Shown here in pieces: positions 40,061 through 53,149 of a stretch of 64,000 bases of DNA. Positions within the stretch are counted from its first letter, which is position 1; each line of letters opens with the position of its first letter. The stretch is from positions 44,812,010 through 44,876,009 of the forward strand of contig NC_068986.1 in assembly GCF_001194135.2 (NCBI RefSeq). Direction: 5' to 3'. The notes beneath the pieces were generated by a model, which worked only from the letters and a program-made list of their open reading frames with translations, did not search any database and was not told the origin of the DNA. The DNA is from Octopus bimaculoides (lineage: Eukaryota). The translations under genes were made by a program, and so were the position numbers.

Positions 40061-41419
40061 TATATACATACACATAACATCTATATGCAAATCCATATAT
40101 GTAGTTAAATAATTATATGTAGATATATCACCTTATCTACATACTTAGATATATAATATATAAGAATGATAGACACGTACATACATACACACGTATATTG
40201 ATTGAAAGGCCAACTAAAGGCTCACGAATTGAACTTTTGAACCGAGATAGTAGGTATAGATGATTGTCCTGAAAATGACCATAGAAATTAACTGGAAACT
40301 TTTAACCAAAAAAATTCATATTACTTTTGCCACCAAAGCCCAGTTGATACCACAAAATATTTTTTACAAATTTGCTTTTTTTAATGATTGCTGTAGATAT
40401 TTTCATCTGATATCAAATTTAAACGCCCATGTTTTGGAAATTCTAAAAGACAACCTTTTTCTAAGTATGGAGAAAGGAGCAATGCCAATGGTCTTAGTCT
40501 ACCATTGCCACAGGCGGGAACTGGAAGGGGGTCTAATTCTGATTAAAATTTAACGGTTGATAAGCTATAAGTTACAATAAAAATGAATTTCCAATAAATT
40601 ATTAGCTTCTACGTTTAAATCTAAAAGCATCATATTTCAGCCTTGGAAGGAGAATTACATCCAGATACAATGAAATATATGGGAAAAAGACCTGCAGTTG
40701 TCCAAATGAAAAACAAATCATAGGATTGCAATGGCTGTGGATCTATATTCAACAACGGGTACAAGAATAAAGATCATTTCTGGATATAAGATGCAGCTTT
40801 AAAAAATTGTGATGGTGAGTGTATGTAAAAATAGGCCAACATAATAAATCATGTTGGAGAAGGTTGCAAAAACGTGGACAAACGTAACAAAGACAATAGT
40901 CATGTTTGTCGATATCTAAAATAAAACAAGAGTTAGGATAACGACAGCTTAAGAATTCATTCACTCCGTTTATTAAACTTTAAAAAAATTCTAGAGAAAA
41001 GAAAACCAATGTTATATAAAGTTACATGTTTAAACATTAAATTGGTGCTCACTGTATAAAGTTCGAATTTTTTTCCGATGGATTAAGTTTCAATTACACC
41101 GGTACCATAGGGCTAAGGTGTTTCTTCAAAGGAGAGCGACCAAAATCAAGGGACTTCACTGCCAGAGGAAGTTGCAAGAAGTCACCCAAATATTTAATAG
41201 AAATTAAGTTGCATAAAATCTATTCTACAGTTTAAATTATTTCTTTTTGCCGACGCAGAATATCATTAGCTTCTTCAGATTCTATGCTGTTTTACTAAAA
41301 TATCCAATCGAAGTTTCATTTCAAACATCGACAAAAATCAGCAAATGCCATTCGTTAACCTATCACGAACACAAAAACCGGTGAAAACAAATACAATGTA
41401 TAAATACTTAAAACTTCAA

Positions 41420-41625
41420 TACTCTTTTCTACTTTGGGCACAAAGCCCGAAATTTGGGGGAGGGGACAAGTCGATTAGATCGACGCAAGTACGCAACTGG
41501 TATTTAATTTATCGACCCCGAAAGGATGAAAGGCAAAGTCGACCTCGGCGGAATTTGTACTCAGAACATAAAAGACAGACAAAATACCGCTAAGCATTTC
41601 GCCCGGCGTGCTAATGTTTCTGTAT
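41420..41625 (-). mobile_element. tRNA-type SINE, family 2
   Basis: Reverse complement of TTAGCACGCCGGGCGAAATGCTTAGCGGTATTT...GAGGTCGACTTTGCCTTTCATCCTTTCGGGGTCGATAAATTAAATACCAG. Confidence 0.88.
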
Positions 41626-44600
41626 CAAAGCATATTAGATGTGAGATTCTATTAAAATTTAAAAGGATAATTCTCAGGATTAGTATTGCAAATCTTAGTA
41701 AAAGGTTTTCTAAGATTTACAATACTAATTATAACAGAGAGGTCAATTTAAGATTTAACACTTTCATAAATCTTGATAAACTGACGATACATAGTTTCTA
41801 AAACATTAAAGGAGAATCAGCCTATTCGCTCTCAGGCCAAGGAGGGCATTTGTCACTTAATTATTTTAGTACCTATTCCGAATACACATATGAATTAAGG
41901 TGCGCAGAACAAGACATATCGCCATGAATGATATGTCATCTATTCGACACTTGCAACTCTAAATGAAACGGTAAAAGCCTCTAAATCTTAATATGACAAA
42001 GTAAAAAATATAAAATACCCATAGATTTCAGACTGAAACATTATTTGAGGCCAAGTTGCGAAATCAAGTGATTGGCATCCATCAAAACCATGGTTCCACA
42101 ATATATCGAATATTTACATGAAGCTTCAAATGACACCTGTCAATCATGTTTGCAAATTAGGTTGCTTTAAGTTTGTTTTTTATTCGTGTTTTGGGATTGA
42201 CAGAAACGTATCTGGGTCACAAACTTACCACTTCACTTTAGATCAGAAATTTAGTAAGAAATTCAAAATATATTGAGGATAATTTACCATTTCCTCTATA
42301 TTTTGTTAATGAAAAAAAAGTGAAGTCTTTAAAACAGTCTAAATTATTTAGATGTTTCAAAATATTGATTTTAAAAGTGTAAGATGAGTTAGTTACCTTA
42401 TACATTTCAAATCAACAAATAATGGTAAATTTATAGTTGGAAGGACTTCCGTATAGTAAATGATTCTAAGTTTGTCATTAATAAAAGCAACAATTAATAT
42501 TGTAGTTTAACTGTGAGAATTGAAAGTGCGACTGAAACTTGACTGGTACCTTATACCCTTATCAGTAAAAGGGCTGTTGTAACATTGCATAATCTTTTGG
42601 TCAAGCCCACCAATTTTCTCAAATACGACTGATTTTTTTTTTTTTACGGATATGATTTCAATATCCAATGATCATCAATGTAAGCGTTCATTGATTTTCT
42701 CAAGTTGTGGAGTAGACCAACCAAATATAATGGAATTTTATTTTCATGAGGCTTAGTATTCACACACACTGGAATAATTGCTTGACAGTAAATACCCATC
42801 GAGAGAAAAAAATTTTTTAATCTATTTTAGGAAAAAAAAAAAAAAAAAAAAAAAAAATCCAGAAACGTAATTTCCATTCCACTGGAAACACAGGAATACT
42901 TTTTTAAAATATTAAAAACTAACTCTTCCCTTTCCCTAGAGGGGTGGGACTTTCGAAGGACAACTCTTGGAATATTTCAAAATTCCGCCGAAAAAAGTCA
43001 GATACCGAGAAGTTTCAGAAACGAGGGAATCCAAAATAGCAAGTCACACATTCAGCNNNNNNNNNNNNNNNNNNNNNNNNNNNNNNNNNNNNNNNNNNNN
43101 NNNNNNNNNNNNNNNNNNNNNNNNNNNNNNNNNNNNNNNNNNNNNNNNNNNNNNNNNNNNNNNNNNNNNNNNNNNNNNNNNNNNNNNNNNNNNNNNNNNN
43201 NNNNNNNNNNNNNNNNNNNNNNNNNNNNNNNNNNNNNNNNNNNNNNNNNNNNNNNNNNNNNNNNNNNNNNNNNNNNNNNNNNNNNNNNNNNNNNNNNNNN
43301 NNNNNNNNNNNNNNNNNNNNNNNNNNNNNNNNNNNNNNNNNNNNNNNNNNNNNNNNNNNNNNNNNNNNNNNNNNNNNNNNNNNNNNNNNNNNNNNNNNNN
43401 NNNNNNNNNNNNNNNNNNNNNNNNNNNNNNNNNNNNNNNNNNNNNNNNNNNNNNNNNNNNNNNNNNNNNNNNNNNNNNNNNNNNNNNNNNNNNNNNNNNN
43501 NNNNNNNNNNNNNNNNNNNNNNNNNNNNNNNNNNNNNNNNNNNNNNNNNNNNNNNNNNNNNNNNNNNTCTGTGGGTGTCTGGAAGTGTGAAATGTGTGGT
43601 AGCCTATACATGTAAGCAACAAAATTCAATCATTATCTGATCATTTGATCCGTCAACCCTGAAGGTTCATCGTTTGAAATTAATTCGAGACCTTGAAAAT
43701 AATGAAAATGAAAACATCTAACTATTATTTACTGTATCTACCATGGTCGAAGTGACAGGATCAATAGGGAAGCGGATGAAATATTATGTGGTACACAGTC
43801 ACTTCTCTTTACGTCCCGAGTTCCAACTCTCACGAAAGATTTGACTTCCTATTTTCATCTTTTCGGGGTCGATAGTGCTAGGGTGTGAGCGGGGCGATAC
43901 AATCGACCATGCACTTCCTCCAAAATGTGATTTCTTGCCCATGTTAGAAATCACTAAGAATTTTACTTCTATGACCAGCTAGTGTCTATATTATCGAGTT
44001 TTCTATTTTCTCAATACCAATTCAAAAGACCCCTAATGACATGTGATGTGAAAAAAATTCGTCACAAAATAAGGACAGTTGAAATTTTATTTATCTGCAG
44101 ATAATAATCAAAAACTATTTATGATATATGTAAATGTATACTTAAAATTATATCAGGGTTGTCCTTTTCCTTAATTTAGGTCTAAGTTTTTTTAGGTTTC
44201 TTATCAAAAACTTAAGGACTACCAAACAGACGTTATCTGTGAGCTTAGTTCACCAATGTTGAATACCATCCCACATTAGAAAAATACCCACTCATTTGAC
44301 ACTCATCCTTGAAGTAAAGGAAGCTTGACGATTTAGATAGCGGGAAAGAATATATAAAATATATAAAAATAGTTATAGGGTATTAGTAAAACAAAAAAAA
44401 ATGAGTAGAAATACATATTTGAGCATGTAAAATAACACAGAAATACATATAAAATTATCATACACAAATATGTAAAATTATAATAGACAAAGCAGAACAG
44501 TGTCAATTGACAGGAGAAAATGAGAAAACAGTTTAGGGTACAAGATCAAAAGTTAGTTTGTGAAAAAATTCATGAAATAGAATTGGCTTAAGCTCTGTTT

Positions 44601-45369
44601 AATTCATCAATTTTCAAAAGAATAGAGGGAAAAAATCAGAAAACTCTTGTTTCAGGCAATATAAACAAAATTTGTGAAAGAGGGAAAAAACTTGAAACGA
44701 GTTTCAGATTCAAAACTGGAGGAAGGACCAAGCGGGAAAATAGCCCTAATTGAAAACGGGTTTTCAACACAACAGTTGTTCTTCAATAGACAAGACAAAA
44801 TTAAAATGTCCTATTACATAATTAAAAAAAAAAACTAGTTGTCCAGTTTTAAATTGTTGATTGCGATGAAACATGAAAGCAAGAGGCATGTTCCATCGAA
44901 AGGTCAAATGCATAGATATAGTGAATATATAGCAAAACCTTTTTCTGTCTAACTATATACATATATTTATATATAATTGTAGACACGGTTGGGTTGCTCT
45001 ATACACAACCAAAACAAGACTATGTATTTTATAGAATGAACATGAAATTATATTCATTTTGATCGTACGGAACTTGTTATAATACATCACTTTTTGGTGG
45101 AAGCGAGATATTAAACAATTTTCAAGTTGGATTTTACACTCTGATTCAACGTCGAAGCAATTAATATGTGAAATTAAACATAATATAAAAGAAAAACTCA
45201 GTATAGTTGATTACAACAAATAGGGAATAGAAGGGGAATCGAATTAGAATAGAAATAAGAATGATGAAATTAATTACAAATCATTGAAATCGAAGGCAAA
45301 ATAATTCGGAAGGAAAATTAACCGCAGAATTTTAAATGGTAAAAGGAAGAGAAATTAGTTACAACTTAC

Positions 45370-45720
45370 CAGTTTAAACATCAAATATATGTGGTGGGAT
45401 TCTTTTATCATAAAAGCGATATTTCTTTCATCGAACAATAGGTTGTTTCAAACGACATCTCTTGATGAAAAATTTTAATCTAGACGAAGACATGGTCCAT
45501 ATAGATATAAATAGTACAAGATCGTGCCGCCTGAAAATACGTCAACCAGTCCAGCCGCAGTCCTAGGCTTCAACTAACTTGATATGAAATACGAGCACCA
45601 AATCCTAGCTATTCGGTCGCTTCCGTACATATTCGTCACACGTAGTTCGCTCATCTCCGTACGTATGTCATCGGTAAAGTCCGGTACATTCATCATCAGC
45701 ATTTCCGGTGTAGTTCTATC
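45370..45720 (-). promoter_or_regulatory. CpG-enriched promoter-like segment with a downstream splice donor (possible distal first exon)
   Basis: Unique sequence with many CpGs and ETS-like CCGGAA/CGGAAG motifs (45620-45715) in an AT-rich background. Consensus donor CTG|GTAAGT at 45370/45369. Confidence 0.4.
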
Positions 45721-47474
45721 TTAACTTGATCATGTGCTCCCGATTTATATTATCCTAGTCTATTACTATATATATATATAATACACATATAAAATATACA
45801 TTTACGTGTGTATATAACATAAACTATTTTCGTGTAGTATACTTTATATTATGTATATTATAATTAACGCTCACCTACATCGAATTCTAGAGAAAATATT
45901 TTGTGAATTATAATACAATCCTGATATATGTTATATAAGTTGTGTGTGTATATATACATAGACTATTTAATGTACATAGTATAAAGATACGAGCTGCTTA
46001 TAGTTTCTTGCTTTGGAGACTCGGATATAGGCAGGTTTTTATAATGCCTTGTGTCTTCAAGCAATCTTCAGGGTATCTATCTATTTCTCTCTCTCTCACA
46101 CACACACTGATGCTCGGTGTCCAAAAGTTTTGAGTCCAGCATATAAAAATAAGAAAATACTTTTATTTTCATTTCATAGTCAAACATTAAATGTTGGAAA
46201 ACCCCCTAAAATATACACAAACATATATGAGAATATTCCTGTAAGTAACTGAAATTCATGTGAGAAATAATGACTAATTCTAAAACAAATAATATTTTGA
46301 CATGAATCACTTAACATAGTATCAAGAACTTTCATTTTATTCGTGTCATAATACTATTTTCTTTTCTTTGTGGTAAGAATATAAAGACTAACGTGTTCAA
46401 AAAAAAATTTCCTGTTAACTGACCAAAGAATAAAAAAAATTCTAATACAGAATTAGTGCGCTATCAACATTATTACTTCCCTTGAACTGTCCTCTCGTGA
46501 AGTTATTCAGACTAGCCAGGCACTAGGCATGTGCTTTTATGTTTTATGTGTGTGCATTTGCCCTGCGCTAGTTATTTTTCTATATACGTAGATATTTATT
46601 TCAAATATCAAATACATGAAACCCCACATATACATATAACTATGATATATGTGTGTGTCATGTATATCACTGCCAAATTAAATACTGAAACTTTTTTTTA
46701 TTATTCTGTTATGGTAGCCCATACATTCATAAGTATTGAGCGGCTATTAAGAATTCAAATCGTTTCATGAAATCATTTCAGCTGGTAAAGTGTTTATTTA
46801 GGTCTGAACATTAAAATGTTTAAAGAGTTGTTAATATTTTCATTTTTTAAATTTACAATTTAACATCAAATGCACAAAACAACTAGAGCAGTGAAGTGGA
46901 TTTTTATACATTTTGGTAACCACACTGTTCATTGTATTTCATAAAATTTATATTGTAAATACTTAGCGATAAAATCAGAATAGAACAAAATAATTTAATT
47001 CGGAAAAGAAAAATAACTATTCTAATTGGACATGTTAAATACGTCCGACTTCACTTCGTATTACCGCTTTAAATATTTTACCCACTGACTAGTGTGAGTA
47101 GTCGCGACCAGATCACTCGTCCTGCTAGAAACAACCGCCAAATTACCCTTAAATATCAACACCTAGCAGTCTTAGAAAATGACGCTCAGACAATTGTCGG
47201 TTCCGCAGTCATAAAAAAAAAATAGGATGGTCACGGCTGGAATTATTTAGATCATGGGCCTGCACAATCAAAGCTAAACGTGCTGTATAGCTATATACAT
47301 ATNNNNNNNNNNNNNNNNNNNNNNNNNNNNNNNNNNNNNNNNNNNNNNNNNNNNNNNNNNNNNNGTGTGTGTATGTATGTATGTGTTTGTGATTCTCTGT
47401 ATATTTTACATATGTAAGAAAATGGATCTGTTGATTGCGCGTTGAAACAATTTATTTAAGATTCATTAAAATAA

Positions 47475-47507
<33 letters not shown>

Positions 47508-47689
47508 CGCGTATACATATAAGCATGTATATTAGGGAATAGATAGATAGACACACATACATATGTATGTGTGTGTGTATTCAATGACTGATTCATAAAC
47601 GTGTATTGAATATGAGAGCGGATGAGCTGTATTACTTCTCTGGGTACCACTGTACTTGAAATCAAAAAACAAAATCTTTCCCCCAGCCC

Positions 47690-48060
47690 TCTGTTTCTTT
47701 CTAACTGTCTGTATATCTCTCCCTCTCTTCCATCTCCGTCTCATTTTCTCACCCTCTGGTTCTCATACACTCTCTCGCCTCTCCCAATTTTCCCTCACAC
47801 ATTCTCTCCCTTGTACACACACGCACTTTTCCACTTATTCTCTGTCCCTCTCCCTCGTTCTCATTCTTTCTCCCCTCTCATACACTCTCGCTCTAATTCT
47901 CTCTCTTTCTCCTCTTCCCTTCATTCCCTCGTACACTCTTTTCCTCTCGTACTTTCTTTTTTCCTCTCTCCCTCATAAGCTCTCTTTCTAATTCTTTCTT
48001 CCCTCCTCTCATTCTCTCGCCTCTTCCTCTTACCCCTTCGCACACACTCTCTTTCACCAT
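47690..48060 (+). repeat. Polypyrimidine (CT-rich) low-complexity tract
   Basis: About 370 bp almost devoid of G, with degenerate (CT)n. Confidence 0.85.
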
Positions 48061-48352
48061 CTCTGTGTCATTACACGTTCTATACAAAAAATTTTACGTA
48101 TGACAAAATTTGTTATTTCTATATATGCACATAAACACAGTTGCACGTGTAGCTTACGCAGACGTCTGTTTGTTTTATACATGTTTCTGTAAACCGGTTT
48201 GTGTGTATGTTTATATGCTTGCTTATATGTTTAAAAGTATAAAGTTATTCAATCATACGCATTTGTGCATATGAAATGTATATATGTATTGTATTTATAT
48301 ATATATACATACATTTATATATATATGCATGTAAATATACACCTATGTATAC

Positions 48353-48440
<88 letters not shown>

Positions 48441-49399
48441 TTAGACACAACAGTATATATATATGAGCATGATACATAAGATACAATTCGAGAAAATTAA
48501 TCCAGTGTGTATGAATGGGGGAGGAGGATATCAAATAACTTTATTTTCATGCATTCTGTCTCCATTTCTCTCTCTCTCTCTCTCTCTCACTATGTTTCTC
48601 TGTCTCTCCTCCTTCCTGTTTCTGGAAAAAATTAATGATAGAAAGACGGAAAAAGTTCTAGTGAGCAAGAGAGCAGTAAACGTTAATAGTCTAGTAAATC
48701 CGGGCTAGGCCACTCTGTACCGATATTACGTCATTACTACCCGGTTTCGACTGTATCCTCACCACCCGGTCATGTGTTCTCTCGAGTGGTGGTAGAAAAT
48801 AATTTTTAATGTTCTTTAACAATTGTCATAGTTACAAGGTTTTTTTTTTTCTTCTGTCCTTAGAACTGATATAATTTCATATCGCGTATAAGCTACACAT
48901 ATAAAGTGTGATAAGTAGGAAATATTTTAAATTATTAAATAAAGTTAATTTTTCTAATTATTGCTTATGTGAAAAACCTCAAGGAAAATTCATTTAGTCA
49001 AATCGGTTGTAATTATGTTGGTACCTTCAATTTTTTTCTTATTTTCTTAAATATCAAAGATCAATACTAAATAATTCTTACACGCGCGCATGCATGTATA
49101 CAAACATACATATATATGTACGTATATTTGCAAATCATATACACACACGTACAAATCGACATCGTCGATTCTATATCCTCTTTTACACGGTGGCTGGTGT
49201 TGGACAGGACCTTTTGAGGCAGTGCTATATAGCTGCCTTCGCTTCCTGATGCCAACCGTTGTAGTTGTCACGAGATGCAGGGATACGGTCTATGCTAAAA
49301 AGCAGGTTGTAGTACTCTCTCTCCCCTGTCTATTTGTCTACCTATCTATCCATCAACATGTATACATATATGCATACATACATACATACATATATATAT

Positions 49400-49570
49400 A
49401 TGCCTTAATTCTTCGAAACGCCCGGGTTTTAATGGTGGCAGCTGATGAAGGGGATGTTTCTATGTGGCCTACTTGTTTGTTGCACCTTGTTTACCATTTT
49501 GTCCATGTTCTTTTGCCACGTCATGTACCCAGTTATGTATCTATATGTACATGTGGATGAAGGTATATAA
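49400..49570 (+). mobile_element. Penelope-like pLTR fragment with hammerhead-core motifs
   Basis: TCTTCGAAAC (49410-49419) and GCTGATGAAGGGGA (49441-49454) between TA-rich tracts. The class assignment is inferred from the motifs. Confidence 0.45.
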
Positions 49571-49600
49571 TACATGTACATATATATGCATATACTCATA

Positions 49601-49629
<29 letters not shown>

Positions 49630-49638
<9 letters not shown>

Positions 49639-49750
49639 GAGAATTTACAAAAAAAAACACAGAAAAGACGAAGACGGGTGTATAAACAACAAACAGATGT
49701 ATTAGTTTAATGCTCGGGAAGTGAAAAAGTCTTTTACGTTTCGAGCCTAG
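49630..49750 (-). mobile_element. Second Penelope-like fragment, cut by a SINE
   Basis: Minus strand reads CTAGGCTCGAAACGTAAAAGAC (3' half of a minimal hammerhead stem II plus GAAAC). A SINE1 head begins immediately at about 49750. Confidence 0.4.
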
Positions 49751-49900
49751 GCATGGCTGTATGGTTAAGAAGTTTGCTTCCCCACCTTATGGTTTTGGGT
49801 TCAGTCCCACATCATAGTAACTGTCTTCTACTATAGTCCTGGACGGGGCAAAACTTTGTGAGTGGTAACTGAAAGAAGCCAGTCTTGTGTATATGTATAT
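49750..49900 (+). mobile_element. SINE family 1 5' half
   Basis: GGCATGGCTGTATGGTTAAGAAGTTTGCTTCCC...GGGTTCAGTCCCAC...AACTGAAAGAAGCC. Confidence 0.75.
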
Positions 49901-50137
49901 AAGTTTGTATATATATTTGTGTGCAAGAGTGTGTATATTTGTGGTTTATCATCATCTGATAATTGTGATCTATCAAACCCACTGATGGTGCTCATTTTTG
50001 GCTACCATGCTGTATTACATTTTGCGCACGAGCATAATACAATCTGCTCTTCACTCGGAGAGTGAATCCTTTTGCTGTCATTAGAAGAAATAGCTCCTTG
50101 AACTTTTGACATCTTTTTATCACTCTTGGTAAAATAA

Positions 50138-50350
50138 GATGGTGAGCTAGCAGAATCATTAGCATGCTGGACAAAATGCTTAATGGCATTTCATCCATCT
50201 TTACATTCTGAGTTCAAATTCTGCCAAGGTTGACTTTGCCTTACATCCTTTCAGGGTTGATAAATTAAGTCCCAGTTGAGCACTGGAGTTTATGTAATCA
50301 ACTGGTCTTCTCCCCCAAAATTTCAGGCCTTGTGCCTATAGTAGAAAGGA
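50138..50350 (+). mobile_element. SINE family 2
   Basis: GGTGAGCTAGCAGAATCATTAGCATGC...TTCTGAGTTCAAATTCTGCC...CAGGCCTTGTGCCTATAGTAGAAAGG. Confidence 0.85.
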
Positions 50351-50475
50351 CTGAGATTGCAAATGAAGGGGAAAGAAAAGAAATGTTAGTTGAATGAAAT
50401 ATCATATGAATGGGAAGGAAGTGCAATAATAATAATAATAATAATGATAATAATAATAATAATCTTTGCTAAAGT

Positions 50476-50710
50476 AAGGTGGTGAGCTGGCAGAACCATT
50501 AGCATGTCAGACAAAATGCTAAAGACAGAATGTAAACATGGACAAAATCTGCCTTTGCATTCTGAGTTTAAATTTTGCCTAGGTTGAGTATGGCTATCAT
50601 CTTTTTGTGCTCAATAAAATAAGTACCAGTCAAGTACTGGAGTTAATGTAATTGGCTTCCCCCTCCCCTCAAAAACTGCTGGCCCTGTGCCAAAATTTGT
50701 AACCACTATT
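50476..50710 (+). mobile_element. SINE family 2 (second copy)
   Basis: Homologous to the 50138-50350 copy. Confidence 0.8.
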
Positions 50711-50714
50711 ACTC

Positions 50715-51100
50715 TAAAATACTTTGAAACATCCTCCTTCACTGCCAAGATATTCACCCAGTAAATAGAAGCTATCAACTACTCCAGAGCCCTCCAGGCA
50801 TTTAAGAAAAATATATTTTATGGTTGCTCTTACTCCTTGTTACTCCTATATGCACCTGCTAGCTACAGAGCCCTTTTCTTTCAGCCTGCTTGTAACACCA
50901 TTGCATCACTGGGTTAATGGATAGTTACCACTGGGTACATTGTATGATATTCTTACCTACAACTTTTCTATGTAACAAGCATCATTACTTATTAAATGGC
51001 AGTTGAGTCATGCCTTCTTTCCTGTTTGTGAGAATTTCTCTATTACCCCTCAATACCATCTTTTGCTTCTACATTCAGCATTTCTTCTCTAATTCTTCAG
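50715..51100 (-). mobile_element. RTE LINE RT C-terminal fragment
   Basis: Minus strand gives frameshifted GVG.N.I.CTQ...SRLKEK...RC...FLKCLEGSGVVDSFYLLG...SEGGC, the Zn-knuckle/EVVDxFxYLG region of RTE RT. Confidence 0.65.
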
Positions 51101-51170
51101 TAAATTCAACCATCAGTCAGCTCATACTAATATGAAAATGTTCTTGTGAAAATAATATTAATGATGATAA

Positions 51171-51223
<53 letters not shown>

Positions 51224-51224
51224 C

Positions 51225-51600
51225 ACTGGTACCAGTGTCATGTAAAAGTTCCACTGACATGTAAAAGCACCCATGCCAGTACTATATAAAAGCATCCGTG
51301 CTAGTGCCACCTAAACGCACTGAGTACACTCTTTAAAATGACTGGCATTAGGAAGGGCATGCAACCATAGAAGCCATGCAAAAGCAGACAACTGTAGCCC
51401 AGGCAGCTGGCCAGCTCCTGTCAAACCATCCAACCCATGCCATCATGGAGAACAGACATTAAAAGATGATCATGGTGTGTATGTACAACTGCAAAGAACC
51501 CAGTTGGGTCATGTAATGGTGAGAGTTTAATGTGATTATCAATAAGATCCAAAATTTGAATGGTGTAAGTGTTGCACACTGAGTGCATCCATTCCCACTT

Positions 51601-51640
<40 letters not shown>

Positions 51641-52049
51641 GGAGGAACCTGTGGAAGGGGTAGACCCAGGAAGATGGGTCTCACTGAGGAGATGACAAGG
51701 GACTGGGACTTGTAGTCACTTGCTGTACTTGAGAAGACATGCCAAGCTAAGTAAACTGCAGCCATCTATATGGCCATGACCCCAGCCCCTCTTCCAGCTG
51801 AGAGCTCTTTGTTTTCCAGGTGCTGGTACTACATAAAATGTATTCATGCCGATGCTACATAAATGTACCCATGCCAGTGACATGTAAAATGCACCCAGCA
51901 TACACTGTAAAGTGGTTGGCATTAGGAAGACCACCCAGCCATAGAAACCATGCCAAACAGACAAATGGAGTTTGGATAGCTCTCCAGTTGGCCAGCTACT
52001 GTCAAACCATCCAACCCATACCAGCATGGAAAGCAGATATTAAATGATG

Positions 52050-52050
<1 letters not shown>
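51225..52050 (+). mobile_element. Two RTE-type LINE 3' ends (51225-51470 and 51640-52050) with (GAT)n tails
   Basis: The second copy starts with the ORF end GRGRPRK...LTEEMTRD..AVLEKT. Both end CAAACCATCCAACCCATGCCAGCATGGA..CAGA.ATTAAA..GATGAT. Confidence 0.75.
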
Positions 52051-52084
<34 letters not shown>

Positions 52085-52115
52085 TATAGATATATATAGA
52101 TATCGATATAAATAA

Positions 52116-52314
52116 GATGAGCTGGCAGCAAAGTTAGCATGCCAAGCGAAATGTTTAGCAGTATTTCATTTGTCTTTACGTTCTGAGTTCAAATTCTGCC
52201 TAGGTCAACTTTGCCTTTCATCCTTTAGTCAAGTACCAGTATCGTACTGGGGTCGATCTAACTGACTGCCCCAACTCCCCAAACAATTTCGGGCCTTGTA
52301 CCTAGAGTAGAAAA

Positions 52315-52316
<2 letters not shown>
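52116..52316 (+). mobile_element. SINE family 2
   Basis: GAGCTGGCAGCAAAGTTAGCATGCC...GGCCTTGTACCTAGAGTAGAAAAGG. Confidence 0.8.
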
Positions 52317-52354
<38 letters not shown>

Positions 52355-52416
52355 TTATATCAAGGGCATTACTATACATAAATGCCTCACGCTATGAGGG
52401 ACTCTTAAAGTTAAAA

Positions 52417-52935
52417 CTAATATATTATATGTAGTAGTTGGCCCTTTCTCATCTTGTATGAGGAATACCAAATGTCTTCATGCACTGCTTGCCTGATAAG
52501 AAACTCAGACACTGCCATGTCCCTGGTGATAGACTTGATTGACTTAGAGGAATTGTTGTCAGTCATGGCCTGGATCATACCAACAAATTCAGGAGTTCTT
52601 TTCTTATCGGAACAATCAGAGTGAGTTTTCTGAGCTGCCGTACCTTCATACTCACCATTAGACTCATCCAACTCTTTCTGAATCCTCTGCACTGTCCTCA
52701 GATTGACATGCAGACACTTTGAAATATTCATACTGGAGCTTCCGGCATGAATGCCAAGCAGTACAGCATGTTATTTTCAAATTTCTGGCAGAGTGAATTA
52801 TGTCATGGTGCTGTTTTTCTCACAGACGGTACCCAACTCATGCTACTATATTGTGTAGTCAACAAAATAAAGAAAGAATGTGCATGCGCGAAATTAAAAA
52901 TATAAAATGGTGACAATTTATCCATTGCACCTTGT
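52417..52935 (-). mobile_element. Tc1/mariner-superfamily transposon, 5' part (HTH region)
   Basis: HAVLLGIHAGSS.MNISKCL.VNLRTVQRI....RTPEFV..IQAM.D....SI.SI.RDM.VSE.LIRQAVHEDI.Y.SYKMRKGQ. TIR-like CAAGGTGCAATGGATAAATTGTCACC next to TA/TG repeats at about 52905-52935. Confidence 0.75.
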
Positions 52936-53149
52936 GTGTGTATATATATATGTGTGTGTGTGTTATAGAAGTAATGTATTCTAAAATATCTTGTTATAGT
53001 ATCAAATCAAGTTTCCCAATGATTTTCATATTATAAAGTAAGATGTGTTTCAGTGCAAATTTTTGAAAAAAAAAACAACAGCAGCAAAAAAATAGAAACA
53101 AGCAATAAATCCCTTTTGTGCACACAAGTAACAATTCCTAAATTATATA

